Origin: Candidatus Darwinibacter acetoxidans
Lineage (GTDB): Bacteria > Bacillota > Limnochordia > Darwinibacteriales > Darwinibacteriaceae
Assembly: GCA_041936745.1 (NCBI GenBank)
Contig: JBHGWS010000020.1
Span: forward strand, 294-64,293
DNA length: 64,000 bases
Direction of reading: 5' to 3'
The notes beneath the pieces were generated by a model. The model was not told the origin of the DNA and searched no databases. It saw only the letters and a list, made by a program, of their open reading frames with translations. The position numbers and the translations under genes were made by a program. Of this stretch, positions 1 to 9,878 are shown piece after piece; within the stretch, counting starts at the first letter, position 1; each line of letters opens with the position of its first letter.

Positions 1-1
1 T

Positions 2-109
2 TCCAGCCGGATAGAAATCTGGAGCCGCGAGAAATGGCAGAGTTATGTGGCTGACGCGGAGGCATCCTTTGAAGAAATTGCAGAGAACATAGTAGATCTG
101 GGAATCTAG
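2..109 (+). CDS. mraZ: MraZ C-terminal fragment (5'-truncated by the window edge)
   Basis: Frame 2 translates to ...IEIWSREKWQSYVADAEASFEEIAENIVDLGI*, typical of an MraZ C-terminus; lies directly upstream of rsmH as in canonical dcw clusters. Confidence 0.6.
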   Translation, partial: SSRIEIWSREKWQSYVADAEASFEEIAENIVDLGI

Positions 110-111
110 GG

Positions 112-1053
112 GTGATCGAGTTGCAGTTTGCCCACGAGCCTGTTTTGCTGGAAGAAAGCTTGGAGGCCTTGAAACTGAAACCCAAGGGTGTTTATGTAGA
201 CTGCACCTTGGGCGGGGCGGGCCACAGTTTGGCAATGCTGGCCACGGAGCCATCTATCAGGCTGATCGGTATAGACCAGGACCCGCAGGCAATCGCCAGG
301 GCTAAATACCGGCTGGTGAATTATACGGGCCAGGTCAGCTTAGTCCACGATAATTTCCGTAATTTAAAAGCCATTTTGACTGCTTTGGGAATTGAGAAAG
401 TGCACGGCATCCTAATGGATATCGGGGTTTCTTCACCTCAATTAGGTGAGGGGGCACGGGGCTTCAGCTACCAAAAAGAAGGCCGGCTCGATATGAGGAT
501 GGATCCGAATAACCCTGTAGATGCCTGGGCCTTAGTGAATACATACAGTGAAAAGGAACTGACCAAAATTATAAGTGACTACGGGGAAGAAAGATGGGCG
601 GCCAGAATCAGCGAGTTCATCGTTAAAAGGCGCCAGAGAGAACCGATTGACACGACTTTCGATTTAGTGGAGGTAATTAAAAACGCAATCCCCGCGGGCG
701 CCAGGGGAGGGGAAGGGCATCCGGCCCGGCGGACCTTCCAAGCACTAAGGATTGCTGTTAACGATGAACTGGGTGCTCTGAAAGAAGCCTTGGAGCAAGC
801 GGTGGAAGTGCTTTATCCTGCGGGGAGATTGGCCGTAATTTCGTTTCACTCTCTGGAGGACCGCCTGGTAAAGAACCACTTTCAAAACTTGTTAGGCAGA
901 TGCACGTGCCCACCGGGGCTGCCTGTTTGTGCCTGTGATCAAACACCTGTTCTTCGCTTAGTTACCCGCAGGCCTATCGAGGCTTCTCCATCCGAAGTGA
1001 GTGTTAACCCGCGGGCACGCAGTGCCAAACTGCGTGTGGCGGAAAAAATATAG
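112..1053 (+). CDS. rsmH: 16S rRNA (cytosine1402-N4)-methyltransferase RsmH/MraW
   Basis: 313 aa; N-terminus HEPVLLEE...VDCTLGGAGHS, SAM-MTase motifs, C-terminal Cys-rich tail and NPRARSAKLRVAEK; position after mraZ. Confidence 0.95.
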   Translation: MIELQFAHEPVLLEESLEALKLKPKGVYVDCTLGGAGHSLAMLATEPSIRLIGIDQDPQAIARAKYRLVNYTGQVSLVHDNFRNLKAILTALGIEKVHGILMDIGVSSPQLGEGARGFSYQKEGRLDMRMDPNNPVDAWALVNTYSEKELTKIISDYGEERWAARISEFIVKRRQREPIDTTFDLVEVIKNAIPAGARGGEGHPARRTFQALRIAVNDELGALKEALEQAVEVLYPAGRLAVISFHSLEDRLVKNHFQNLLGRCTCPPGLPVCACDQTPVLRLVTRRPIEASPSEVSVNPRARSAKLRVAEKI

Positions 1054-1069
1054 AAAGGGCGTAACTGCC

Positions 1070-1576
1070 ATGACTGCAGCCAGAAAACTTGTGGAGCGGC
1101 CGGCGGCAGCCGAGTTTGAAAGTACGGCATTTTCGCCGCAGGGGAAGCGCCGCAAAAAGCGCCGCCGCCTGCCGGCAACCTTAAAGATTTGCCTACTAGC
1201 CGCGATTTTCGTTGCTGTCTGCATTTTGTATTTAGACCTGCAAATTACATCTTTCAATTTAAACCTGCAGTTAGCCAAGCTGCAGGAAGAAGTTGCAGCT
1301 TTGGAAAGCCGCAATGATTACTTATTGGTCAATCTTGAACAAGAAAGATCGCTTAATAAAATTGATTATTTAGCCCGCACAGAGTTGGGTATGGTCGATC
1401 CTGATATGAGCACCAGTGTTGTGGTAAACACTGCCCCGCCAAAAGATCCTCCCTCAGGCCGCTGGGCCGAAAAGAACCAAGACCCGAGCGAGGGAGGCCT
1501 CTTTGCCGCTCTAGCATATTGGCTGAACAAAGCATTTCCGTTAGGAGGAGTGGAAGCTGGCACGTTACAACGCTAA
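1070..1576 (+). CDS. ftsL: cell division protein FtsL (basic N-terminus, one TM, coiled coil)
   Basis: ATG at 1070 preceded by GAAAGGG; the 1001 start in the ORF track overlaps rsmH. RRKKRRR basic tract, TM helix, heptad LQLAKLQEEVAALESRNDYLL; sits between rsmH and the PBP. Confidence 0.7.
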   Translation: MTAARKLVERPAAAEFESTAFSPQGKRRKKRRRLPATLKICLLAAIFVAVCILYLDLQITSFNLNLQLAKLQEEVAALESRNDYLLVNLEQERSLNKIDYLARTELGMVDPDMSTSVVVNTAPPKDPPSGRWAEKNQDPSEGGLFAALAYWLNKAFPLGGVEAGTLQR

Positions 1577-1628
1577 AAGGTCTGTAATCAGGCGCACGAT
1601 TTTCGTTTTCACCCTGTTTGTCATCTGT

Positions 1629-3635
1629 TTGGGTTCTTTGGCCGGCCGCCTGGCCTACCTGCAGCTGTATAAAGGAGGCGAATATTCGGACCGGGCTTGG
1701 GCCCAAAGGATGCGGCCGCAGACAATTGATGCCCAGAGGGGCAAAATCATGGATCGGAATTACAAAACATTAGCTATCAGTATAGGAGCTGACGCAGTTT
1801 ATGCTGTGCCGGAAAGCATAGAAGATGCAGCGGAAACTGCCCGTCAATTGGCTCCTTATTTGTCTCTGCCGGAAAAAGAGTTAGCGGCGAATTTAACCTC
1901 GGATAAAAGGAGTGTGTGGCTGAAAAGAGGTTTGAGCCCGGAAGTTTCCAAGGCAATCAGGGATTTGGGTCTGCCGGGAATTCGCCTAATTAAGCGGCCG
2001 CAGCGCTACTACCCGCACGGTTCTTTAGCCGCCCATATCTTAGGTATTGCCGGTATTGATAACCAGGGCTTAGAAGGAATAGAATATTTCTATGAGGAGA
2101 TCCTCAGCGGTACGGACGGCCGTTTAGCCTTGGAAAAAGATGCGGCCCAGCGCAGTATCCCCGGGGGGGCCGTGGAGTTTATTCCGCCGCAAAATGGCTT
2201 TGATGTAGTGCTTACCATCGATGCGGTCCTGCAGTATATTGCAGAAAACAAGATTAAGGAAGCGGTTTTGCAAAGCGGAAGCGAGCGGGGCTTGGTTTTG
2301 ATGCTGGCGCCTAAAACAGGTGAGATTTTAGCTAACGCCATCTTCCCTACTTTTGATCCGAATGACTATCAAAAGGTAAGCCACGATCAACGCCGCAACG
2401 TGGCCATCACTGATCAATACGAGCCCGGATCCACCTTTAAGTTCATCACGGCCGCTGCCGCATTGGATCTGGGGTTAACTACCACTGAGAGGCGCTTTGA
2501 CGGCGGTTCCACCTGGCAGGTGGGGGGCGGGCAGATCCGATCGGACGGTAGGACGGGCGAGGCCGTAACCTTTTTGGAAGCCTTCGAAAGATCCGATAAT
2601 ATTACGTTTGCCCAGTTATCCGTGGAGATGGGGCCGGAGCGTTTCGCTCCCTATATTCAAAGTTTTGGCTTCGGCAGCCGCCTGGGGGTTGATTTCCCCG
2701 GCGAAATCAGCGGAGTTGTCAGTTCCGCCGAAAAAAGGCAGGGGCAGACCCTCCAGTGGGCCAATATCGGTTTTGGCCAAGGTATTGCCGTGACTCCCTT
2801 GCAGTTGGCAAGCGCCATGGGGGCCATCGCCAATAACGGCGTAGTTATGCGGCCTTTCTTCCTGAAAGAAATCAGGGATGGGCAGGGTAAATTAATCCAG
2901 GAATTTACGCCCCAAAGCAGGGGTGCCGCCGTCAAAAGTGGCACTGCCGCCCAAGTCAGTACACTTTTACGCTCCGCTGTCGTCAACGGCAGCGGGACCA
3001 GAGCCGATATCCCCGGCTACTACGTAGCGGGAAAAACGGGAACGGCGGAAGTGCCTGAGGAAGGCGGTTACAGCGATAAAAGGATTGCCTCTTTTGTAGG
3101 TTTTGGGCCCGTAGATGACCCTGTACTGGTCACTTTGGTCATTCTTTTCAATCCGGCGGCGGAATCAAGTTACGGCGGAGTATTGGCGGCTCCTGTTTTT
3201 AAAGAAGTAATGGCGGACAGCCTGGAATATTTAGGTATTAAACGGCGCCAGCCGGGCGCTCAAGCTTCAACTTTAGTGATGGTGCCTAACGTTATTAATT
3301 TTTCTAAAGCAGATGCGTTAAATAAATTGGCTGCAGCCAACCTGCAGGGAGCTGCTGCGGGCCAGGGCGATATTGTTGCGGATCAAAGCCCCAAGCCCGG
3401 CCAGAGGGTTTCGCCTTATTCAACAGTCCACTTATATTTTTACGGCGGGGAGAAAAAAGCGGAAGTAACGGTTCCTTCGGTAATCGGCCTCAGCATGCGC
3501 GACGCTTCTTTAAAATTATCTGAAGCCGGCTTGCAAATTAGGATCTTAGGCAGTGGCTTGGCAGTTAAACAATCACCTGCCGCAGGCGGCAAGATTTCTG
3601 CCGGCGCTACCGTGGAGGTGAATTTTGAGCTTTAA
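1629..3635 (+). CDS. pbpB: class B penicillin-binding protein (FtsI/PBP2B/SpoVD family) with two C-terminal PASTA-like repeats; true N-terminus probably lies upstream of the first canonical start
   Basis: 668 aa; transpeptidase motifs STFK, SDN, KTGT; PBP dimerisation region; two PASTA-like segments (VPNVINFSKADALNKL..., VPSVIGLSMRDASLKL...); conserved TM/leader sequence is encoded in-frame upstream of 1629. Confidence 0.85.
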   Translation: MGSLAGRLAYLQLYKGGEYSDRAWAQRMRPQTIDAQRGKIMDRNYKTLAISIGADAVYAVPESIEDAAETARQLAPYLSLPEKELAANLTSDKRSVWLKRGLSPEVSKAIRDLGLPGIRLIKRPQRYYPHGSLAAHILGIAGIDNQGLEGIEYFYEEILSGTDGRLALEKDAAQRSIPGGAVEFIPPQNGFDVVLTIDAVLQYIAENKIKEAVLQSGSERGLVLMLAPKTGEILANAIFPTFDPNDYQKVSHDQRRNVAITDQYEPGSTFKFITAAAALDLGLTTTERRFDGGSTWQVGGGQIRSDGRTGEAVTFLEAFERSDNITFAQLSVEMGPERFAPYIQSFGFGSRLGVDFPGEISGVVSSAEKRQGQTLQWANIGFGQGIAVTPLQLASAMGAIANNGVVMRPFFLKEIRDGQGKLIQEFTPQSRGAAVKSGTAAQVSTLLRSAVVNGSGTRADIPGYYVAGKTGTAEVPEEGGYSDKRIASFVGFGPVDDPVLVTLVILFNPAAESSYGGVLAAPVFKEVMADSLEYLGIKRRQPGAQASTLVMVPNVINFSKADALNKLAAANLQGAAAGQGDIVADQSPKPGQRVSPYSTVHLYFYGGEKKAEVTVPSVIGLSMRDASLKLSEAGLQIRILGSGLAVKQSPAAGGKISAGATVEVNFEL

Positions 3636-3662
3636 ACCTATGCTAATTTAGGAGGGCTTGGT

Positions 3663-5108
3663 TTGGAATTATCAAAACTGCTCAAGGGCATCAAACACGA
3701 AGTTAAGGGTGAACCCCAAAACATAACAGGGTTAAGCTATGATTCCCGGGATATTAAACCTGGGGATCTTTTTATCGCCATTAAGGGATTGCAAGCGGAC
3801 GGCCACGATTATGCCGAAGAAGCGGCAGCCCAAGGTGCCGCGGCAGTTTTAACGGAAAGGCCTTTGGACGTGGGCGTACCGCAGATAATCGTTGCGAATA
3901 CCAGGCGTACTTTAGGTTTGATCAGTGCCAGGTTTTACGGTGAACCGGGAAAAAAATTGAAACTGCTGGGCATCACGGGCACTAACGGCAAAACAACCAG
4001 TGCTTATTGGGCAAAATCAATTTTGGAAAATGCCGGTTTTAAGGTGGGCTTAATCGGGACGATTGAAATAATTATAGGTGATGTTCGGCTGGAAACGGCG
4101 CGCACCACACCGGAATCTTTAGATCTGCAGAAAATCTTGGCGAAAATGCAGGCAGCGGGGATGGAATATGTAGTTATGGAAATATCGTCGCACGCTCTTG
4201 CACTGCACCGCACCGTCGGCCTGCAGTTTGCGGGGGCGCTTTTCACTAATTTATCGCAAGACCATTTGGATTTTCACGCGGGGCTGACGGAGTATTTTCA
4301 AGCCAAGGCAAAATTATTTGCCAAGGCCGCAAGCGCCGCAGTCAATATTGATGATGTTTGGGGTTTGAAACTGCAAAGTCTCTGCACCTGCCCAGTGGCA
4401 GCTTATGGCATTAAAAATGCCGCGGATTTCAGGGCTGAAAAGATAACATTGGAAAGCAGTGGCGTTTCCTATATACTTACAAGTGGGGTTGATCAGATTC
4501 CCGTTGCCTTGAAATTAAGCGGCGGTTTCAACGTCTACAATTCTTTAGGGGCCGCGGCCCTTTGTGCCGGCCAGGGTGTTTCGCTGCCCACCATAAGACA
4601 AGGGTTGGAGGCGTTGGCCGGTGTGCCCGGCCGTTTTGAGAGGATTCAAAACGACCGCGGGCTCAATGTTGTCGTCGACTACGCTCACACGCCGGAAGGT
4701 TTGGCAAACCTCCTGGCCGCCGGGCGCCAGCTCACTCGAGGCCGGGTGATCCTCGTTTTTGGCGCCGGCGGTGATCGGGATAAAAGCAAGCGGCCTTTAA
4801 TGGGAAAGGCCGCGGCCCAAGGGGCAGATTACGTAATCATCACTTCTGACAACCCTCGTTCTGAAGATCCCGGGGAAATATGCTCGCATATCGTGGCGGG
4901 TTTTCCGGCCGGTTTCTCACAGGGCGATTATGAAATCATAGCTGATCGCAGAGCGGCTATCCGCAGGGCGGTGGCTCTTGCCGGCCCGGCGGACCTGGTC
5001 TTGATTGCAGGCAAGGGCCATGAGTCCGTGCAGGAGTCTGCCGGCAGGCGGATCCACTTTGATGATCGAGAAGAAGCTAGGATTGCCATCAAGGAGTTGA
5101 AGGATTAA
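3663..5108 (+). CDS. murE: UDP-N-acetylmuramoyl-L-alanyl-D-glutamate--2,6-diaminopimelate ligase MurE
   Basis: 481 aa; GITGTNGKTT P-loop; Mur ligase central and C-terminal domains; DNPR motif consistent with meso-DAP specificity. Confidence 0.95.
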   Translation: MELSKLLKGIKHEVKGEPQNITGLSYDSRDIKPGDLFIAIKGLQADGHDYAEEAAAQGAAAVLTERPLDVGVPQIIVANTRRTLGLISARFYGEPGKKLKLLGITGTNGKTTSAYWAKSILENAGFKVGLIGTIEIIIGDVRLETARTTPESLDLQKILAKMQAAGMEYVVMEISSHALALHRTVGLQFAGALFTNLSQDHLDFHAGLTEYFQAKAKLFAKAASAAVNIDDVWGLKLQSLCTCPVAAYGIKNAADFRAEKITLESSGVSYILTSGVDQIPVALKLSGGFNVYNSLGAAALCAGQGVSLPTIRQGLEALAGVPGRFERIQNDRGLNVVVDYAHTPEGLANLLAAGRQLTRGRVILVFGAGGDRDKSKRPLMGKAAAQGADYVIITSDNPRSEDPGEICSHIVAGFPAGFSQGDYEIIADRRAAIRRAVALAGPADLVLIAGKGHESVQESAGRRIHFDDREEARIAIKELKD

Positions 5109-6454
5109 TGGAGGCATTGACTTTATCTGAAATTGCAAAGCTTACGGGAGGTGAAGCAAACGGGGCGGGAACAGTCGGGCATGTGACGATTGACAGCCGC
5201 TTAGCCAAACCGGGCAGCTTGTTTGTGGCCCTGCCGGGAGAGAAAGTTGACGGCCATCAATTCGTTGGGGAAGTTTTAAGCCAAGGGGGCTTTGCTTTGG
5301 TAAAAAAGGGAGCCCACCCAGGGCCCGGGATTGTGGAGGTTGAAGATCCACTTGTGGGCCTGCAAAAATTAGCCAAGGCCTATTTAAAGCGCTTTAACAT
5401 ACCTGTGATCGCGGTTACGGGCAGCAACGGCAAAACCTCAACTAAGGATATGATCGCCCAGGTTTTGCGGGCCCGTTATGTTGTGCACAGCACCTTGGGC
5501 AACTATAATAATGAGATCGGGGTTCCTTTAACGGTGCTCAGCCTTAAAGACCATCACGAGGTTTTAGTTGTGGAAATGGGCATGCGCGGTTTGGGCGAAA
5601 TTGAGCATTTGACTAAAATCTGCCCGCCCGATCTGGGCGTGATTACGAATATTGGGCCGGTTCATCTAGAACTCCTGGGCAGTATGGGTAATATAGCTCA
5701 GGCGAAAGGCGAATTGCTGGAAGCTTTGGGCCCGGAGGGGACAGCTGTACTAAACGGAGATGACCCGTCAGTGCGCGGCCAAGCTCGCTCTTTCCGCGGC
5801 AAAACGATTTACTACGGCTTAGATGTAGCAAATCACCTAATTGCCAGCAGTATCAACCCTGATGCAGCGGGGCACGCTTCGTTTCAAGTCAGCTTTGAGG
5901 AAGGCCAGGCGGTTCAACTGCGTTTGGCGGTCCCGGGGGTGCATAATGTCTGGAATGCCTGTGCCGCTTTGGCGGTTGGCTTGGAGTTGGGGATCCCCTT
6001 GGAAAAAGGTGCCCAAGCCCTGGAAGAGCTGGCTTTAAGCGCCATGCGTTTGGAGGTGCAGCGCAACAGCGCCGGGGTCACGATAATCAATGACAGCTAC
6101 AATGCGAGCCCTGCTTCTTCTGAAGCCGCTTTGGACACGCTCTCCCACATGTATTGTTCCGGCAGGCGTATCGCTATTTTAGGCGATATGCTGGAGCTGG
6201 GCGAAATGGCTCAGCAGGCTCATCTGGATGTGGGGGCTTATGCGCGGGAGAAGGCCGATCATTTAATCTTTATCGGCAAATATGCCTCTTTTATGCAGGA
6301 GGGAGCGGGCTTGGGAGAAGTATATTTAACAGTGGAAGAATTTCTCGGATCGCACTTTTCGGTTGAGGCGGGCGATCTCGTTTTAGTGAAAGCATCGCGC
6401 AGCTTGCAGTTTGAGCGCATTGTGGAAAAGCTGATGGGAGGCGGGGTGGATTAA
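5108..6454 (+). CDS. murF: UDP-N-acetylmuramoyl-tripeptide--D-alanyl-D-alanine ligase MurF
   Basis: 448 aa; VTGSNGKTSTK P-loop; Mur ligase architecture; TAATG overlap with murE. Confidence 0.95.
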   Translation: MEALTLSEIAKLTGGEANGAGTVGHVTIDSRLAKPGSLFVALPGEKVDGHQFVGEVLSQGGFALVKKGAHPGPGIVEVEDPLVGLQKLAKAYLKRFNIPVIAVTGSNGKTSTKDMIAQVLRARYVVHSTLGNYNNEIGVPLTVLSLKDHHEVLVVEMGMRGLGEIEHLTKICPPDLGVITNIGPVHLELLGSMGNIAQAKGELLEALGPEGTAVLNGDDPSVRGQARSFRGKTIYYGLDVANHLIASSINPDAAGHASFQVSFEEGQAVQLRLAVPGVHNVWNACAALAVGLELGIPLEKGAQALEELALSAMRLEVQRNSAGVTIINDSYNASPASSEAALDTLSHMYCSGRRIAILGDMLELGEMAQQAHLDVGAYAREKADHLIFIGKYASFMQEGAGLGEVYLTVEEFLGSHFSVEAGDLVLVKASRSLQFERIVEKLMGGGVD

Positions 6455-7416
6455 TGTCCCCAAAGTTTGCGCCTTTGTGGAGCGCTTTGATATCTTTTGC
6501 TGCGGCACTGGCCCTGGGGCCCGGGCTCATCCGCTTTCTGGGCCGCATTAATTTTGGCCAGCAGGTTAGGGATGATGGGCCGCGGACCCATCTTAAAAAG
6601 GCCGGCACACCGACGATGGGCGGCGTATTAATCATTTTTGCTTTGGTTTTAGGCGTGGTTTTCATAACTCCCCTAAGCCACAATTTGATTATACTGCTTT
6701 TTGCAACTTTGGGCTTTGCCGCCATCGGCTTTATCGATGATTATATTCAAGTTGTCCTGCGCCGTTCTTTAGGCCTGCGGGCCAGGGAAAAACTCGTGGG
6801 CCAGCTGGGGGTGGCTCTTTTAACAAGCCTCTATGCCCAAGCCCGGGTGGGTACGGATCTTTTGATCCCTTTTTCCGCCGAGATACTCGTTTTACCGCCC
6901 GTTTTGTATGTGCTTTTCACCGTTTTTGTTATTGTGGGTACGGCAAATGCGGTTAATTTAACGGACGGTTTAGACGGCTTGGCCGCGGGAAGCACAGCCA
7001 TTGCGGGCACAGCTTTTGGTCTGATTGCCGTTTTTTTAGGCTATCCGGACCTGGCGATCTTTGCCGGGGCCTTAAGCGGGGCCTGTTTGGGATTTTCTTG
7101 GTTTAACGCGCCGCCCGCCCAGATATTTATGGGCGATATCGGTTCTTTGGGTTTGGGTGCGGCGTTGGCGGCTTTTGCTGTGTTGAGCAAAACATCGTTG
7201 TTTTTGCTGATTATCGGCGGGTTGTTTGTTCTGGAAACAATTTCCGTGATTGTGCAGGTACTCTACTTCAGGGCAACAAAAGGGCGGCGTTTTTTCAAGA
7301 TGGCCCCGCTCCACCACCACTTTGAACTAGTCGGTTGGGCGGAGCCGAAAATAATGATTAGGTTTTGGCTGATCGCACTTATTTTTGCATTAGTGGGGTT
7401 GTTAGCCATCCTCTAA
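6454..7416 (+). CDS. mraY: phospho-N-acetylmuramoyl-pentapeptide transferase MraY
   Basis: 320 aa polytopic membrane protein; NAVNLTDGLDGLA and MGDIGSLGLG motifs. Confidence 0.95.
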   Translation: MSPKFAPLWSALISFAAALALGPGLIRFLGRINFGQQVRDDGPRTHLKKAGTPTMGGVLIIFALVLGVVFITPLSHNLIILLFATLGFAAIGFIDDYIQVVLRRSLGLRAREKLVGQLGVALLTSLYAQARVGTDLLIPFSAEILVLPPVLYVLFTVFVIVGTANAVNLTDGLDGLAAGSTAIAGTAFGLIAVFLGYPDLAIFAGALSGACLGFSWFNAPPAQIFMGDIGSLGLGAALAAFAVLSKTSLFLLIIGGLFVLETISVIVQVLYFRATKGRRFFKMAPLHHHFELVGWAEPKIMIRFWLIALIFALVGLLAIL

Positions 7417-7447
7417 AAGCATATAGTTTAGGGAGGAGGCGTTAAAT

Positions 7448-8542
7448 ATGGCCACAAGAGGTGGCAAACCGGATATTATTATTTTCAGTGCTGTCATAAT
7501 TCTGCTCAGCATAGGCCTGGTTATGGTTTTTAGCGCCTCGTTTGTTTTGGGTTTAGCGGATTTTGGCGAACCTTATCACTATGTGCAGCGCCAGACTATA
7601 CTAGCTTTAGTGGGCCTGGTCATTATGTTTCTTTTAATGAAAATCGACTACCGCCTTTTTAAGCATTTAGCACTGCCGGGCTTACTCCTTTCCTTTGTAC
7701 TTTTAATCGCGGTGCTTTTTGTGGGCAGAGGAACAGGCGGCGCCGCCCGCTGGATTCGCATCGGAGGGTTTAATTTACAGCCTTCGGAGTTTGCTAAATT
7801 AGCCATGGTTAATTACGTTGCCGTTTATTTGGCGAATAAGAAGGAAAAAGCCCGCAAGTTTTTCACAGGCCTGCTGCCTATCTTGATATTTGCCGGCCTC
7901 CAGTTTGTTTTAATAATGTTGGAACCGGATTTTGGGACCGGGGTCAGCTTGGTATTTACAGTTTTGGTCCTCTTGTTTGCCGGCGGAATCCATTTGGGCC
8001 AGCTTTTTTTAACCGGGATCTTTATGTCTCCCGCCTTATATTATCTGGTGGCCATGAAAGAGTACCGGCTGCGCCGGATTTTTGCGTTTTTAGATCCTTG
8101 GGCCGATCCCACTGATACCGGTTGGAACGTGATCCAATCGCTGTTGGCCATTGGTTCCGGCGGCTTGTTCGGCTTAGGCCTTGGCAAAAGCAGGCAGAAA
8201 TTCTCCTACCTGCCTGAGCACCACACCGACTTTATTTTCGCAATTTTATGTGAAGAATTGGGCTTTTTAGGCGGCTTTATTGTCATAGCCCTCTTTTTTA
8301 TTATCGCTTGGCGGGGGCTTAGAATTGCTTTAAGGGCACCGGATTTATACGGCACCTTATTGGCAATCGGGCTCACGTCCCTGATCGCTTTTCAAGCAAT
8401 TTTAAACATTGGGGTTGTGACGGGCTCGCTGCCTGTCACCGGCATCCCCTTACCTTTTATCAGCCACGGCGGTTCTTCGCTGTTGATGAGTTTGGCCGGG
8501 ATCGGCATTTTATTAAATATTTCCCGCCAATGCCGAGATTAG
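7448..8542 (+). CDS. ftsW: SEDS family lipid II flippase/peptidoglycan polymerase FtsW/SpoVE
   Basis: 364 aa, ~10 TM; SEDS motifs (QPSEFAKL, TDFIFAI, PFISHGGSSL); RBS GGGAGGAGG. Confidence 0.9.
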   Translation: MATRGGKPDIIIFSAVIILLSIGLVMVFSASFVLGLADFGEPYHYVQRQTILALVGLVIMFLLMKIDYRLFKHLALPGLLLSFVLLIAVLFVGRGTGGAARWIRIGGFNLQPSEFAKLAMVNYVAVYLANKKEKARKFFTGLLPILIFAGLQFVLIMLEPDFGTGVSLVFTVLVLLFAGGIHLGQLFLTGIFMSPALYYLVAMKEYRLRRIFAFLDPWADPTDTGWNVIQSLLAIGSGGLFGLGLGKSRQKFSYLPEHHTDFIFAILCEELGFLGGFIVIALFFIIAWRGLRIALRAPDLYGTLLAIGLTSLIAFQAILNIGVVTGSLPVTGIPLPFISHGGSSLLMSLAGIGILLNISRQCRD

Positions 8543-8606
8543 ACTTTTTCACCGAACACCCTGCCCCGCATACTATAAACGGTAGAAACGGGGCAGAGGT
8601 GATAAG

Positions 8607-9878
8607 ATGTGTAGGTTTGAGGTGGAAGGGAAGCGGCAGTTAAACGGAGAGGTTTGGATTAACGGGGCTAAAAATTCAGCCTTAAAAATAATGGCGGCTT
8701 CTTTATTAGGGCACGGTACTTTTAAAATTACTGACGTACCGAAAATTCGTGACGTCATTACAATGTGCGGCGTCCTTAACTCTTTAGGGGTGCACTGCAA
8801 ACTGGAGCCCAATTGTTTAGAATTAAAAGTGAATTCCCTGCACGGCCGGCCGCCCCAAGAATTGGCAAAATCGATGCGTGCTTCCGTGCAGATTATGGGC
8901 CCCATGTTGGCTAAATTGGGCCGGGTGGAGGTGGCAAGGCCGGGCGGCTGTGCCATTGGGAGCCGCCCCCTGGATCTTCATTTGGCCGGTTTTCAAAGGA
9001 TGGGCGCGGTTATTGACGTGAGTGATGAGTTAATCTCCGCCCGGGCAAAACGCCTGCGGGGCGCGGATTTAACTTTAAGGTTTCCCAGTGTGGGCGCGAC
9101 TGAGAACATAATGATGGCGGCAACTTTGGCTCAGGGGGAGACGATCATTAGAAATGCCGCCCGGGAACCGGAAATAGTGGACATCCAGAGCTTTCTCAAT
9201 AAAATGGGCGCTCGGGTGACGGGCGCCGGGACACCCGTAATTAGAATTAAAGGGGTCCGGGAATTGGGGGCGGTTGATTTTCGCCTAATTCCCGACCGCA
9301 TTGAAGCGGGGACTTATCTGCTAGCCGGCTTAATTACCGGTGGATCTGTAACTTTGCGGAATGTGGTTTCGGCGCACCTGGCCGCTTTATTGCGGGTAGT
9401 GGAGGGCATGGGCGCGGAAATTGAAGAAGGGGAAAGAAGCTTAACGGCCCATCCGCCGGCCCGCCTTGCCCCATTCAATGTCGTTACTTCGCCTTATCCG
9501 GGATTCCCCACTGACCTGCAGCCCCAGCTGGCCGCCTTGGCCACGCAGGCTGCCGGCACCAGCCTTCTAACCGAATCGATTTTTGACAGCCGTTTCGGCT
9601 ATCTTAAGGAATTGGCTAAACTTGGTGCCAAGCTCAAGGTGGAAGGAAGAACGGCTGCCATCAGCGGCGGTTTGCCTCTGGAAGGAGCGGCAATGACCGG
9701 CTGTGATTTGAGGGCCGGAGCAGCTTTGGTGTTGGCGGCTCTGGCGGCAGAGGGGCTTTCCGTCATTGATGGTGTGGGGCATATTGAGCGGGGCTATGAA
9801 GCCATGGAAGTGAAATTGGCCAAGCTTGGCGCCAAAATTAAACGGGTCTGTCCGAGGGAGGGGTTAGATGAAGAATGA
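8607..9878 (+). CDS. murA: UDP-N-acetylglucosamine 1-carboxyvinyltransferase MurA
   Basis: 423 aa; EPSP-synthase fold; active-site Cys in GGCAIGSRPLDLH; located where murD/murG normally sit. Confidence 0.9.
   Translation: MCRFEVEGKRQLNGEVWINGAKNSALKIMAASLLGHGTFKITDVPKIRDVITMCGVLNSLGVHCKLEPNCLELKVNSLHGRPPQELAKSMRASVQIMGPMLAKLGRVEVARPGGCAIGSRPLDLHLAGFQRMGAVIDVSDELISARAKRLRGADLTLRFPSVGATENIMMAATLAQGETIIRNAAREPEIVDIQSFLNKMGARVTGAGTPVIRIKGVRELGAVDFRLIPDRIEAGTYLLAGLITGGSVTLRNVVSAHLAALLRVVEGMGAEIEEGERSLTAHPPARLAPFNVVTSPYPGFPTDLQPQLAALATQAAGTSLLTESIFDSRFGYLKELAKLGAKLKVEGRTAAISGGLPLEGAAMTGCDLRAGAALVLAALAAEGLSVIDGVGHIERGYEAMEVKLAKLGAKIKRVCPREGLDEE

Noticed and set aside
1001-1069. 5' extension of the ftsL ORF overlapping rsmH by 53 nt
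   Set aside because: ATG at 1070 has a proper RBS and removes the overlap. The extension codes no conserved sequence.
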